From positions 329,902,001 to 329,966,000 of the forward strand of contig CM126205.1 of NCBI GenBank assembly GCA_052327205.1: 64,000 nt of DNA, in the 5' to 3' direction. The stretch's first letter is position 1; every line of letters begins with the position of its first letter. The notes beneath the pieces were generated by a model. It had not been told where the DNA came from. It was given only the letters and a program-made list of their open reading frames with translations, and ran no database searches. This document shows, in pieces, positions 24,075 to 36,789 of this stretch. The position numbers were made by a program, and so were the translations under genes. The DNA is from Somniosus microcephalus. Taxonomy: Eukaryota.

Positions 24075-24900
24075 AAACAAAACAACAATTTGTATTTATA
24101 TAGCGCCTTTAACATAGTAAAATGTCCAAGGTGCTTCACAGGAGCATTATCAGACAACAATTGACACTGAGTCACATGAGGAAATATTAAGGCAGAGAAG
24201 TAGGTTTTTAGTGAATGTCTTAAAGGAGGAAAGAGAGGTATTGTTCTGGACTTATGGACATTTTACATGCAGATAGCACCCTCTGGTGGTGGTTATGTGT
24301 TAGCAGTGTTTGTGTGCAGTAGTGGTCATTTGACCTTTCTACCTTTCTTCCTGTGTGAGAGGTCATTTGACCTTTCTACCTTTCTTCCTGTAGGACCCAG
24401 GAAGTAGAATCCCAGGAAGTAGAATTCCAGGAAGAACCTGACTTGAGTAATGGAGAATTCCATGAGGGATTCGCAATCCAATGTAATCTGATCTCATATG
24501 TTAGGCCAGGCGCAATATCTGTGAGTATCTTTGTCTATTAGCATGATAGCAACTTTGTCAGTGTAGTATTTTGATAACACAATGTTATAAAAGGTTAATA
24601 TTTGATAGTTACAGAAGCTAGTCCAAATGTTAGTTAGTTATACAATTAGTCTATTCTACTGTTGTAAATATGTTTATATCTTATGTAATATCGAATGTAT
24701 AGTACTCAGTTTATGTACAAAACATACTTTGTCTTTGTTTACAGTTTCACAAATTTGTTCAAGTAAAGCTTCAAAACAGCAAAAGGCTTCACGAGGAATT
24801 ATTTGAATGAGTGTTTAACTTGCTGGATAACTAGATAGGAGCACGTCTAGCGAGGCCAGTACAGGTATCGAGGCAGAGAGGTTTAGGGAGGGAATTTCAA
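24075..24900 (-). mobile_element. L2-type LINE 3' end, interrupted by a solo LTR
   Basis: AACAA.TTGTATTTATATAGCGCC tail; colinear with 62180-62490 once 24242-24863 is removed. Confidence 0.7.
24242..24863. mobile_element. Solo LTR (622 bp), possibly BEL-type
   Basis: TGTTCTGG...CCAGTACA inverted termini, 5-bp TSD GGTAT; internal repeats GGTCATTTGACCTTTCTACCTTTCTTCCTGT x2 and CCAGGAAG(TAGAAT) x3. Confidence 0.85.
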
Positions 24901-26394
24901 GTGCGATTATTAGTTTAAGGTCATTTTTGGGTGACTGAATCTGGATGGTTTCAGTTATTAAAATGGTTGCCGACTATTCACATCAGTTTTCCCTTTCTCT
25001 TTACATATAAACTCTGTTGTAAATAAATTATTTGTAAAACAAAAATCAGTTCCATTTATTTGGAGGTTAATAACCTCGAACAATCTGGATCATAATTTCA
25101 CTTGCATAAATCATGAGCATGATAAGGGTTAAATGACATGTTGCTACCAAACAATTATTTGCATACTGGAAGGGCCCATTTTAGAATTTGCCTCTGTTAA
25201 CATTATTGTTATATTTCCAGGGTTACTTCAGTCCGCTTAAAAAAAAATGACTTGTTCTCAGAACTGAGCAATGGGACCATGGCGATAGAGCCAGTGGATA
25301 TTTTAGTTGTAAAACTTAAAAATCATTCATTGTTTTGATCTCTCTCCCGTCTACTAAGTCTGAAATTGTCTCTCAAGAGGTTGAAGGCAGTGGTTTAGTT
25401 CTATGTACCAAATAGTTCTTAAGGCTTTAGCCTGAGGCTGTATTGAGGTATAACAAAAAAAATTACAAAATGCAATGGAAATTTAATTAATGTTTATCCC
25501 TACCCAGCCCCTGCACAAAATCATTCAATATTATCCACTGGGGATACACAACACAGGTATGATTGCATATTTATAGCAGTCTCGTAGAGCTACACATAAC
25601 CCAAGTTTGTATTGAGGTTCCGCCAAAATATTCACCTTGTTCACATCTAGTAGCAATGTAGTTCAGCTGATCTTCGAGCTTGGGAAAAGCGGGACTTAAA
25701 ATCATCAACTGAGGTGTAGCTTGACTGGATCAATGCTTATGCCCTTCATTGCCCCCACCCCCCAAAAAAACAGGTCTGCATCACAAATGTCTCTCTTCCA
25801 GGTTTAACCTTTGGGCCCCAATACATTTCTCCCCATTCCAGCTTCAGGTCTCAATCCTCATTACATTCCTCCCAATTGGGTCTCAGCACCTGTTGCGCTC
25901 TGTCCTTTTTTGTTTTACAGTTTTAGGCCTTGGCCTGCATCCCAGGCCCAGTTTTGAATCCTACTACTTCCTCACTCCAGGTTCCGGATCACCACTTCCA
26001 CCCACAGCCCCAGATTCTCCATCACCCACCTATCTTAAGCATGACTTAACCAACTCAACTGGTTGCTCAATGAAGGTGATCTGGTTTGCCCATGTGTAGT
26101 TGGGCTCTGTTGGAACATGGCGGCTGTGCAGAGATATCGTCAGCCAGGGTTGGACCATGTAGTTCATATCTTTGAGGGCCCAGGCGCCAATTTTTCCTCT
26201 CCTTCCAGGAGCTGTGTTATTTTTGATTGCGTCAGAATGAAACCATATTGTGTGTTCCTGGGAAGCGTATCAATTTTTGGTGATGGGCGCAGATCATTTG
26301 CATATTGATGGGTAATATCCCTTCCTGTTTCGGTTTGTTGCAAAATTTTTGGAAGGTGTGAAAGTGGTTACATGCATACAGTCAACCATGCCCT

Positions 26395-26510
26395 ATACAT
26401 AAGAACATAAGAAATAGGAGCAGGAGTAGGCCATTCGGCCTTTCGAGCCTGTTCCGTCATTCAATAAGATCATAGCTGATCTTTTAACTCAACTCCACTT
26501 TCCCGCACTT
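26395..26510 (-). mobile_element. CR1 3' tail fragment
   Basis: CATAAGAACATAAGAAATAGGAGCAGGAGTAGGCC, same as 8834 and 49923. Confidence 0.75.
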
Positions 26511-26839
26511 CGAGAATGAGCAAATTGGAAGTGTTGTAGTTACGTTTGCTATTGTAGTACCTCCTGACGTGTATGTAGGTGGGCGCATGCTGAATTAGAG
26601 CTTCAATTACCTTTTTAATACACAGTGACTGACTATTGCGATATCCTGTATGGGTGTTTGGATGGAGCCAGTGGCATCAAAGTTGAGGTCAGTGGTGGCC
26701 TTCACTGGTAATGAAGTGTTGATTGTTGATTGTCTTCACTGGTCATTGTAGACCAGGTGACAGCCCTCAGTCACAGACCCCTGCTGCACACTGAGCTGCA
26801 TCTGTGGTGGTGGATCCATTCTGTGCCATAGTGTCCCCT

Positions 26840-27255
26840 AGTCCCACTCCAGAGACTTGAGCACCAAAACTTCCAGCTGACACTCCAGTGCAGTACTAAA
26901 AGAGTGCTGCACTGTCGGGGGTGCCGTCTTTCGGATGAGGCGTTAAACTGAGGCCCTGTCTGCTTTCCAAGGCGGACGTAAAAGATCCCATGGCACTATT
27001 TCGAACGAGAGCAGGGGAGTTATCCCCAGTGCTCTGGCCAATATTTATCCCTCAATCAACATCATGAAAAAAACAGATTATCCGGTCATTTATCACATTG
27101 CTGTTTGTGGGAGCTTGCTGTGCACAAACTGGCTGCCGCGTTTCCTACATTACAACAGTGACTACATTTCAAAAAGCACTTAGTTGGCTGTAAAGCATTT
27201 TGGGATGTCCTGAGGTTGTGAAAGGCACTATATAAATGCAAGTCTTTCTTTCTTT
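26840..27255 (+). mobile_element. Deu-domain SINE (SacSINE1-like), 5' head truncated
   Basis: GCTGACACTCCAGTGCAGTACT...GGTGCCGTCTTTCGGATGAG...AAAGATCCCATGGCACTATT...GCTTGCTGTGC core with a TATATAAATGCAAGTCTTTCTT tail. Confidence 0.8.
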
Positions 27256-29499
27256 ATCCTCCCAGGGCTTCCCCTTTCCCCCAGCTCCTGCTACACTACT
27301 ACACTACCACATAATTGGCAATTGCTACTTCAGCCATGCTTGGGAATGAAAACCCTGCTCTGCCATTCACTTCTGTCAGTGCTGTGGTGAAATTAGCCCT
27401 TCCTTTTTGAAACTAGCTGACAGGCCTGTATACGAGCTCTGAACTGAATTTATGTTTTCATGTACCGCCACCACACCCCTCCCCAACCCAGTTTATGATT
27501 GGTCTATAAACATGCCCGTAATCAGAATGTTTTAAACTGAATTTTCCTAAACACATTTTCGCATGAGAGCGGAACTCAAAAGCAGTGGTTCGAAAGGGAG
27601 AAAAATATGTGGCAGCTTTGCTCATCTCATCTCAACTTTTCTGTAAAAAAACGAACACAAAATGGAGAACATGATTCTTTATTCTGTATGACTGATTATT
27701 GAAGCTCAAAGTTGTACTAGGGTATCTAATTAGAGGTTTAGTTCAATGTCCTTATTAAGGTATAAACTAAATGATATAAAAATATAGTTTTGCTCTACTC
27801 AGGTGCAACCTCACAATTATAACTGCATGAAGTTTCCAAGTAACATGTACATTGATTCAGGGCTACTATCTATTACTTTGTAAATTTGCAGTATGGCGCC
27901 TCGCTTTAAGTCTAGTCAATATTAATTAATTCTCAATATAGCAACGTACAGCAACATGCCATGAAGATATAAGGGTAGGAATAATTGTTAGCTATGTTAT
28001 TGTCTGAGTACTTAATGCGTAACATAAATGGGTTAATCTTCCGTTAAATAGCAGAAAGGAGAATTTGATTAGAGTACATTAAACATTTACATGACAGCAC
28101 CATCAGCAGTAATTTTTACCCATTCCAGCCCTTACAACAATGAACTGATATGTCAAAGGATCTGTTTCAAAGTTAAATAACGAAAACACTTATTTGGACA
28201 GGAACGGTTTTCAAAACTTTGCGTTCATTCCTCAAAGTCCCTTAAATCTTTCCATACGAACCTGTTTGGAAGGCTATTCCCCTTCTGCTATGAAAGATGG
28301 ATGGTTTGAACAGCAGACTATTTCACCTCTACAGCAATGTTAGCAGATTAGGTGACAAAGCATATTCCTACAACAAGGTGAGCTTACTCTGCTCACATTC
28401 TTCTCCACTCGGAGGAAGAACAATTTGTGTCTGGTCTTGTGTGGGAGTTGGCTTTGGAACGAGGATAATCAGGCTGTGATGGTGATAGTCCACGATGTGT
28501 TCGGATGTTACTTGGCCAGCTGTGCAGCTGGGCTGTTGCTGGTGTCACTTTGGGAGGGGGATAGATCAGAAACGTATCAAGACGTTTTTGAACCCATGAT
28601 CTGTGTAAAGTAATTTACTTTATTAGAGCATGGAATGTTTCTCACACAGGGGGCAGTTGACAAAGAGATTATCGCATCTTTTAATGGAAAAGTGGATCAA
28701 TATTTAAAGGAGGAGAAGAGAAGCTATGGAGAGAGTAGGGCAGTGGAATTAGTTTTAGATTTAAAAAGCTGGCATGAAAATGACAGGCCTAGTGGTTTCC
28801 TGTGCTGTAAACTTATTTGGTTTGGGGGAGTTAGCTGAAACACAAACATCATTACAGCAACCGTGAGCTTATTCCTTTCTGAATGTTTCAATGATTTACA
28901 TTGAGTTTTAGGTTACCAGTCAGAAATATTATATTGGAAGACCAACTACTTTTAATAATAAAGTCATTTTATTGTGCTAAAAATGGAATTAATCAATAAT
29001 TTGAACGAAGTGACTGAATTAAGAGTAGACTGTAGAATATTTTTTCCATGTTATCCCCTCCCCCTATTGTGAGCACCATGCACTTTCAGATCAGGTAGAG
29101 TATGAGTTAGATGTTACCCCAGCAAGCTTCAGAAAAGTACCTGTTACTGCAAACATATGGCATTTACATTTCCCACACCAGCACTTTATCTTACAGTCCA
29201 GTCCATTTTTTTTTGCTTGGAGCTGCTAGGAGATGGCGTTCCTCCAAATTCATATCACATGGGACTCCTGCAGCCAGCTAGAGAAGAAGCTTTCATCCCA
29301 TCAGCCTGGACTGGAATCTAATTCAACTCTCAGAGGTGAAAAGAAAGTTTACCTCACTGTGCTGCCCAGTTCACACAAATATTAATATCTCTCACGTCGC
29401 TCTCGAGAAGCTGCTATTTCATTTCAGAATTCCTAAGCAGGAATTTTGTCGTTTAAGAATGAAACAGCACTGGATGTTTTAAACAGATTATTAAAGCAT

Positions 29500-29678
29500 C
29501 GAGGTGAATTTTTGCCTCTTCATTTACTGAGCGGAGTGGATTGACCACCTGTCGTGGAACTCATCCGATTTTAATTCTACTGAAATCAAATGGAATTAAA
29601 ATCTCACGGCTTCTAGAACAGACGGGCGATCCTTCAGTAAGATTATCACCCATGTAGGGGAGACAAAAACTTGCCCCA
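29500..29678. mobile_element. Palindromic MITE (old, Harbinger-like ends)
   Basis: GGTGAATTTTTGCCTC...GAGACAAAAACTTGCCCC ends; central hairpin GATTTTAATTC...GAATTAAAATC. Confidence 0.55.
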
Positions 29679-30296
29679 TCATCATGAGAAGCAGTTTCAT
29701 AATACAGTAATGTTTCTCTCTTCTAGGACATAATAAAGAAGTGAGTGAAAAGTAGAACATGGTCTTAAAAAGTTATTAAGTTTCAGGGAAAGAACAATAA
29801 CGGAGAACCAAACACAACCAAGTGACAGTCTAGAAATTGAATTTACATTTTCATTACAAAAGATTTATTATAAAGTATGCCTTCGTATGCTGCCATATAG
29901 ATCAAGGAAGGTTATGGTTTTATTGTTTTTTGTGAGTTTTAGGAAAAGGTAAAGTCTCATAAATCAAATATTTTACTTTCATAAAAAATAGCACATTTGG
30001 GAAATTAAAAGGTTGAGCTTTATTTCACCACAGCATTTGCACATATTGCTGTCTGTTAAGAGTTATAGAACCTCAGGCAAAATCAATGCATGGTATCCTG
30101 TGCAGGCTCACAAAGCCTTTCCCCCTCACTCCACAATGCACGTACACAACCAGGGAGGGAGCAACAGTTCCCAACATCTTTTCACTAATAGTAGAACACG
30201 AGACCGGAAGGAGCGGACCTGGCCTGGAGGGAACACAGCGAGAGCGGATCAGTTAAAAGGAGCGGCAGCAACTCAACAGAGGCAGTTTTTGAAAAG

Positions 30297-30519
30297 TGAC
30301 GTCAGAGTAAAAAAGTGACATCAGCACAACGGAAGGAGCTGATTGGTGAGTAGCTGGTGAGTGTATTTTATTTTTAAGTTGATAAGTTTATTTCTGCTAA
30401 GTTAGTTAATAGCCTATTAAATAGAGGGTAAGAGCTGATTGGTGAGTAGCTGGGGAGTGTTATTTGTTAAGTTTTAAGTTTATTTCTGCTGGGTTAGTTC
30501 TTTGTCTATTAAATAGAGG
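30297..30519 (+). promoter_or_regulatory. CR1 5' UTR internal-promoter region
   Basis: Perfect CRE palindrome TGACGTCA at 30297; two ~90-bp tandem units (30336-30428, 30432-30519), each starting GAGCTGATTGGTGAGTAGCTGG (inverted CCAAT plus splice-donor-like GTGAGT). Confidence 0.5.
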
Positions 30520-30722
30520 CTAGGCAGGGCAACTCAGTCCCATGGAGTGTACATCCTGTGTCATGTGGGAAGTCCTAGACGCTTCGCTTAGCCTGGATGA
30601 CCACATGTGCAGGAAGTGTCGCCGGCTACATCAACTCGAGCTCCGGGTTTTGGAGCTTGAGCGGCAGTTGGAGTCACTGCGGTGCATCCACGAGGCTGAG
30701 AGTTACGTGGCTAGCACATTTC

Positions 30723-33700
30723 TGTTAGATCCGTGATTCTGAGAGTATGATGTTTTTCAATAACCACACGGATGCTGTAACTTAACAATCAACAGGTATT
30801 TACTGGAGTAGGGTAGTCTCAAGACTGGGGGTACAGAGGCATGCTCAAGGCTGATATACAGGTGTGGTCACTGCCGGTACTACAGTATACAGGAGCTGTA
30901 AAAGTAGTTCTCTCTTAAAGAAACATACACTACAATTCCTCCCCTTTTAGATTAGCAGTACCCATAATATTCAAATAACAATTAACACTTTAACATGTAC
31001 ATTAAACAACAATAGTCCATTTATAGATTCAGTCTTTGGGGCGGCTTCCTGATCCTTTCGGGATAGTGCCTTTCCTGAGGTTCTTGTTCTTGGTGCGGAG
31101 GCGATTCTGACCCCTTTTCGTCGGTTAGTTCATTGGTTTCCACTGCTGCTGGTTCTGAGGTAGATGCTACCGGTATGTCGGGTTCATCCCCAGGTACTCA
31201 AGACATGGGGTTGACTCGTTCCTGTGACGCTAAGATCTGATCGACGTGGCATCTCACAATGTTCTCCCCGACATCCACTGTGTACATTAATGGCCCCTGC
31301 CTTGTGCATATCGTTCCGGGTTGCCATTTCTCTGTTCGGTAGTCATGGGCCAAGACTGGTTGTCCTACATTGAAGCTCCTTGTCGGCTTCTCATTGATGT
31401 GCTGGAATTGTTTATCCTCAACATTTCTTCGCACATTTGGTCTGAGCAAATCCAGACGAGATCTCAACCTTCGGTTAAAGAACATCATGGCTGGGGTCTG
31501 GTTGGTGACTGCATGTGTTGCTTTTCTGTAGGCTAATAGGAAACTGTCCACCTTATGCTGTAGTGGAATTTCATCATTGCACATGGCCTTTATCGCCTTT
31601 TTAAAGGTTTGTACGAACCTCTCAGCCAATCCATTTGTGGCTGGATGATACGGGGCGGATGTGTAATGCCTGACCCCATTCCTTCTCATAAATTTCTGAA
31701 CTCTTCGGACACAAACTGTGGTCCATTATCAGAGCAAATCTGCTCTGGTAAGCCGTTCCTGGCAAATATGGTCTGTAGGACTGCAATCGTTTTCTCTGTA
31801 GTGGTTGAGGACATTTTTATCACCTCAGGCCATTGCGAGTGAGCATCCACTGCTATTAAGAACATTGAGTCCATGAATGGACCAGCAAAATCAATGTGCA
31901 CCCATTGCCATGGAGAGGAGGGCCTCTCCCATGGGTGTAGAGGGGCATGTGGTGGTGCATTTTGGAACTTCTGGCATCCTGAGCAGCTCTTGGTTAGGTC
32001 CTCGATTTGTTGATCGATCCCCGGCCACCACACATAAGCCCTAGCAAGGCTTTTCATTTTCACCCCTCCCAGATGACCTTCATGAAGCTCATTTAGCAGT
32101 CTCTCCCTTAACTTGGGTGGAATCACCACTCGGGATCCACACATCACTGTCCCCTGGCATACTGACAGCTGTTCTCTTCTGGATGAGAATGCTGGCAACA
32201 GTGAGTCGCCATGTGTTGGCCATCCCCTCACCATCAAATCATATACCCGAGACAGTGTCGGATCATTGCGGGTCTCCTTCTCTATATCCGTGTTCGTTAC
32301 TGGCAATCGTTCAATTATTGACGAATAAAATATCTCGATAGGGTCCACTGCTGGTGCTTCCTCCACAGTAGGCAGTGGCAGGCGTGATAGCCCATCAGTG
32401 TTTCCATGCTGTTTCGTGCCTTTATATTCTATTTCATATTGATTCGCCCCTAGAAACAGGGACCATCTTTGTAACCATTGTGCAGTCATCACTGGAACGC
32501 CCTTCTTAGGATTAAAGATGGAGGCAAGTGGTTGGTGGTCAGTCAGCAAGGTGAACTTCTGCCCATGCAGATAGTGGTTGAATTTTTTTACTCCCCATAC
32601 TAGGCTGAGGGCCTCCCTGTCAATCTGGGCGTAGTTGCGCTCGGCTGAGGTTAGTGACTGAGACGCAAAGGCTACTGGCCTCTCCAACCCGTCTGGGAAT
32701 TTGTGCGACAGCACCACTCCAATACCATAGGGTGATGCATCACATGCCAAACGAATTGGTAGCGCTGGGTTGAAATGGGCCAACACCTCTTTTGATGTGA
32801 GCAATTCTTTACACTTCTGGAAAGCTCGTCTACGTTCGTCATTCCACTTCCATGGTACCCCTGTTTGCAGTAGGGTGTTCAGTGGAATACCGTGGACAAA
32901 TTTGGTAAAAACTTATGGTAGTAGTTTACCAGCCTGAGGAACGACCTCAGTTGTGACACATTTTCCGGTGCTGGAGCCTTGACTACTGCCTCAATCTTTT
33001 CACGGGACTTATGTAACCCCTCTTCATCGATGACGTGGCCACAATACGAGATCTGCTTCTGGAAAAACTCGCACTTGTGGCGATTAGCTCGTAGCCCATA
33101 TTCCTTTAATCTGGTGAGCACCTTCTCCAAGTTGGCGAGGTGATCACTGTCATTTTCGCCCGTGACCAGGATGTCGTCCAAATAACACTGGGTCCCTGGA
33201 ATCCCTTGCAGGACTTGATCCATCGCCCTTTGCCAAATAGCCAGAGCCGATGCTACCCCGAACACCAGACGGTTGTATTGATAGAGACCTTTATGAGTGT
33301 TGATCGTGAGGTATTGTTTCGAGGCTTCTTCTACCTCCATTTGCCAGTACGCCTGAGCTAGATCAATTTTGGTGAAGCGTTTACCTCCAGATAGCGAGGC
33401 GAAAATATCCTCAAGTCGTGGAAGCGGATATTGTACCGTGTGAAGGACTGGGTTCACTGTCAACTTAAAATCCCCACAGATGCGGACCTTCTTTGGTTCC
33501 CCAGGCATATTACTCAATGTCCTCTTCATTACAGGAATGATGGGTGTAGCCCACTCGCTCCAGTCTACTTTGGACAGTACTCCTGAACGTTCCAACCCTT
33601 CCAGCTCTGCTTCGACGGCTGGTCTGATCGCATAAGGCACTGGTCTGGCCTTAAGAAACTTTGGGCTTGCATTTTCCTCTATTTTAATCATTGCTGTTAT

Positions 33701-35871
33701 GCCTTTTAGTGTTCTGAGTCCCTTCTGGAACACTTCTTTTGCGTCGGTTAGCATTTTTGACAGTCGTCCAGGTGTGACGTCGTCATCCTTTTTGGCCTCA
33801 ACCTGCAGTGCCTGTATGGAATGCCAATCTAATTGTATCTTCCGGATCCATTCACGTCCTAGCAGTGGTGGTCCTCCATCTGGCAATACATATAAGTCCA
33901 TTTTAGGTATTTCCTGGCCTTTGTATATCACTTTCACCCTTATTTTTCCTTTGGGGTAGACTTTTTGCCCCGTGTGCGTCTTCAAGACAATCTCTGTAGC
34001 TTTCAAGGGTATATGTGAAAATAGCCGCTTGTAGTCCCTTTGGTTTATGACTGTTAGGGCTGATCCTGTGTCCAATTCCATTTTCACTTGGACTCCGTCT
34101 ATCTTGAGTGTAACCCAGATAGTCTGGTGATCCTCCATTTTGGTTACCTTATGTAGTTTCAGACAACCCAGCTCCTTGCTTCCGGAGTCTGTGTCACTTT
34201 TCTGTTCGTCTGAACTACTGTCCATCAGCTTGTGTACCTTTTTGTACTTCTCCTGTGGAGATTTCTTGCTGTTGGTTTTCTTCCCAGACCTGCAGACTCT
34301 TGCTATGTGTCCTGCTTTTCCACACTGTCTGCACACTTGGTCCTTGAACCAACAATTCTTCTGGTCATGTGTTGTTCTGCCGCAGCGATAACACTTCCCT
34401 GTTCCATAGGACATTTCATTGGTGCCATATTCTTGCGGTCTCTGTTGTATCTCTGCAGCGCCCCTTGCGGCTGCTTCATGTGATACTGCCATACTGAAAG
34501 CCTTGTCCAGCGTAAGATCCTTTTCTGATAGAAACCGTTTCTGGGTTCCTTCACTTTGAAGCCCACACACAAACTTGTCCCTTAAAGTATCTGCTAGTCC
34601 CACTCCAAACTGGCAGTGTTTCGATAGCTTGCGCAGTTCCGTTAAGTACTCAGCATTGCTTTCGTCTTTGTGTTGGTTCCTTTTATGGAACTTAAATCGT
34701 TCTGCTATCAGCAGCGGTGTGGGGTTTAAGTGGTCCTGTAGGATTTCTACTATGCTTTCAAAATTCTTATTCACAGGCTTCTCTGGGGTTATTAGGTTTC
34801 ACAGTAACCCATAAGTTTTTGCACCCATGGAATTGGACAAAACCAGTGCTTTCCTAGCATCTGGCACTTCATTCGCCCTGCAGTACACCTCAATACGTTC
34901 CACATATGTCGCCCAATCTTCGACTTCATTGTCGAACGTAGAGATACTGCCACTCTTCGGCATCCCTGGGTGTGATTTAACTGTCAAAAATGGCGTCTCC
35001 CGTGCTTTCCCTTCTTCTCCGCTGGCACAAAATGGCGTCTCCCGCGTTTTCCTTTCTTCCCGCGCTCGCCCTTCTTCTCCGCTGTGGCTTCTAAAAATGG
35101 TGTCTCCCGCGCTCTTCCTTCTTCTCTGCAGCTCAATGGCATCTCCCGTGCTCTCCCTTCTCCCCGCGGACACTGTTCAGCCCTTGAGCCCTGGCTGCGC
35201 TCTGCGCGTTTTTTTTTCTGTGCGCCTTTCCTGTTTCCGCCGCTCGGTCCTGAACCCGGCTGCTGCTTTACCCTCTCTCTCTCCGTTTTGTTTTTCCTCG
35301 ACAATGCTCGGTTTTCAACCCCCGGCTGCGCCCTGTGCGCTTCACCCTCTATCTTACCCCGTCGACACTGCTCGGCTTTTTCTCTGCCGTCGGCCGGCTA
35401 CAGCCGCCGCTGTCCGGGAAGGGTCTGCGCTGTACCTGGTACCTGTCGTCAGTCTGTTGCTGACCGTCGTGGCTGGGGAACCAAGCCCGGCTCTCCACAG
35501 CCTCCCCTGCGATGTTCACTCTCTGCCGGACGACTGGGCGGTTGCTCGTGGTCGACGCCCATGTTTCTGGCCTCGACTTTCTTCCACCGCCCTCCCGGAG
35601 CGAATCCTCGAAGGGAAATGCAGAGTTGCAGGTAGATTCGAATCGACACTCGTCGCCACTGTTAGATCCGTGATTCTGAGAGTATGATGTTTTTCAGTAA
35701 CCACACGGATGCTGTAACTTAACAATCAACAGTTATTTACTGGAGTAGGGTAGTCTCAAGACTGGGGGTACAGAGGCATGCTCAAGGCTTATATACAGGT
35801 GTGGTCACTGCCGGTACTACAGTATACAGGAGCTGTAAAAGTAGTTCTCTCTTAAAAGTACATCCACTACA
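30723..35871 (-). mobile_element. Full-length Ty3/Gypsy LTR retrotransposon (Mag/K02A2.6-like), frameshifted
   Basis: 212-bp LTRs 30723-30934 and 35660-35871, TSD ATTTC/GTTTC, PBS TGGCGACGAG, PPT AAAAGGGGAGGAA. Confidence 0.95.
31021..34964 (-). pseudogene. Gypsy Gag-Pol (2x CCHC, protease DTGS, RT YLDD, RNase H, integrase), broken by frameshifts
   Basis: ORF pieces 34799-35173, 32879-34774, 31686-32804 and 31198-31689 are colinear with the intact ORF at 53613-57608. Confidence 0.92.
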
Positions 35872-36789
35872 GTTTCTAGAGCAGGTCACCCTGCAGCTTC
35901 AGAGTATGCAGGCAGAGAGGGCATGGGTGACCGCCAGACAGAAGAGGAGGACCAGGCAGGTAGTGCAGGAGTCCCCGCAGTGCATCGCGCTCTCCAACCA
36001 GTATTCTGTTCAGAGTACTGATGAGGGCGATGGTTCCTCTGGGGAGTGCAGCCAGAATCAAGTCCATGGCACCACGGGTGGCTCAGCTGCACGGTGGGGG
36101 GGGAGCAAAAAGAGTGGAAGAGCAATAGTGATAGGGGATTCGATAGTTAGGGGAGCAGACAGGCGTTTCTGCAGCCGTAGACGTGACTCCAGGATGGTAT
36201 GTTGCCTCCCTGGTGCCAGGGTCAAGGATGTCACTGAGTGACTGCAGGACACTCTGAGTGGGGAGGGTGAACAGCCAGAGGTCATTGTCCATATCGGTAC
36301 CAACGACATAGGCAGAAAGAGGGATGACATCCTGTAGGCAAAGTTTACAGAGCTAGGAGAGAGATTAAAAAGCAGGATCTCAAAGGTAGTAATCTCCGGA
36401 TTACTCCCGGTGCCACATGCTAGTGAGTACAGAAATAGGAGGATAGAACAGATGAATGTGTGGCTGGAGAGATGGTGCAGGAGGGAGGGCTTTAGCTTCC
36501 TGAGGCATTGGGACCATTTCTGGGGAAGTTGGGACCTGTACAAGCCGGACGGGTTATACCTCAACAGAGCCGGGACCAATATTCTCGCGGGGAGGTTTGT
36601 TAGTGTTGTTGGGGAAGGTTTAAATTAACTTAGTAGGGGGATGGGCACCAGCATATAGGAGTAGAAAAGAGGAATAAGGTGCATAAAAGAGTGAGTGTGT
36701 TGGATAGTACTAGAGAAGATAGTACTAGGGGTGGTAGTAGTACCATATTAGATAGGAGCAGACTAAGAAAGACTACGAAAAATTCAAAA

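Noticed and set aside
24320-24440. Repeat-spacer-like short repeats suggestive of CRISPR
   Set aside because: Only 2-3 adjacent copies with no unique spacers, inside a eukaryotic solo LTR; no cas genes.
26000-26830. Possible ancient retroelement coding remnant on the minus strand
   Set aside because: Only vague motif hints; no diagnostic domain could be reconstructed by eye.
28202-28380. Candidate coding exon ending in AAG|GTGAGC
   Set aside because: All three frames from the nearest plausible acceptor contain stops, and there is no recognisable protein.
34827-35687. 286-aa antisense ORF over the Gypsy leader (and similar ORFs at 57584-58519)
   Set aside because: Low-complexity GC-rich sequence depleted of stop codons; no recognisable domain; the translations are not conserved between the two related Gypsy elements.
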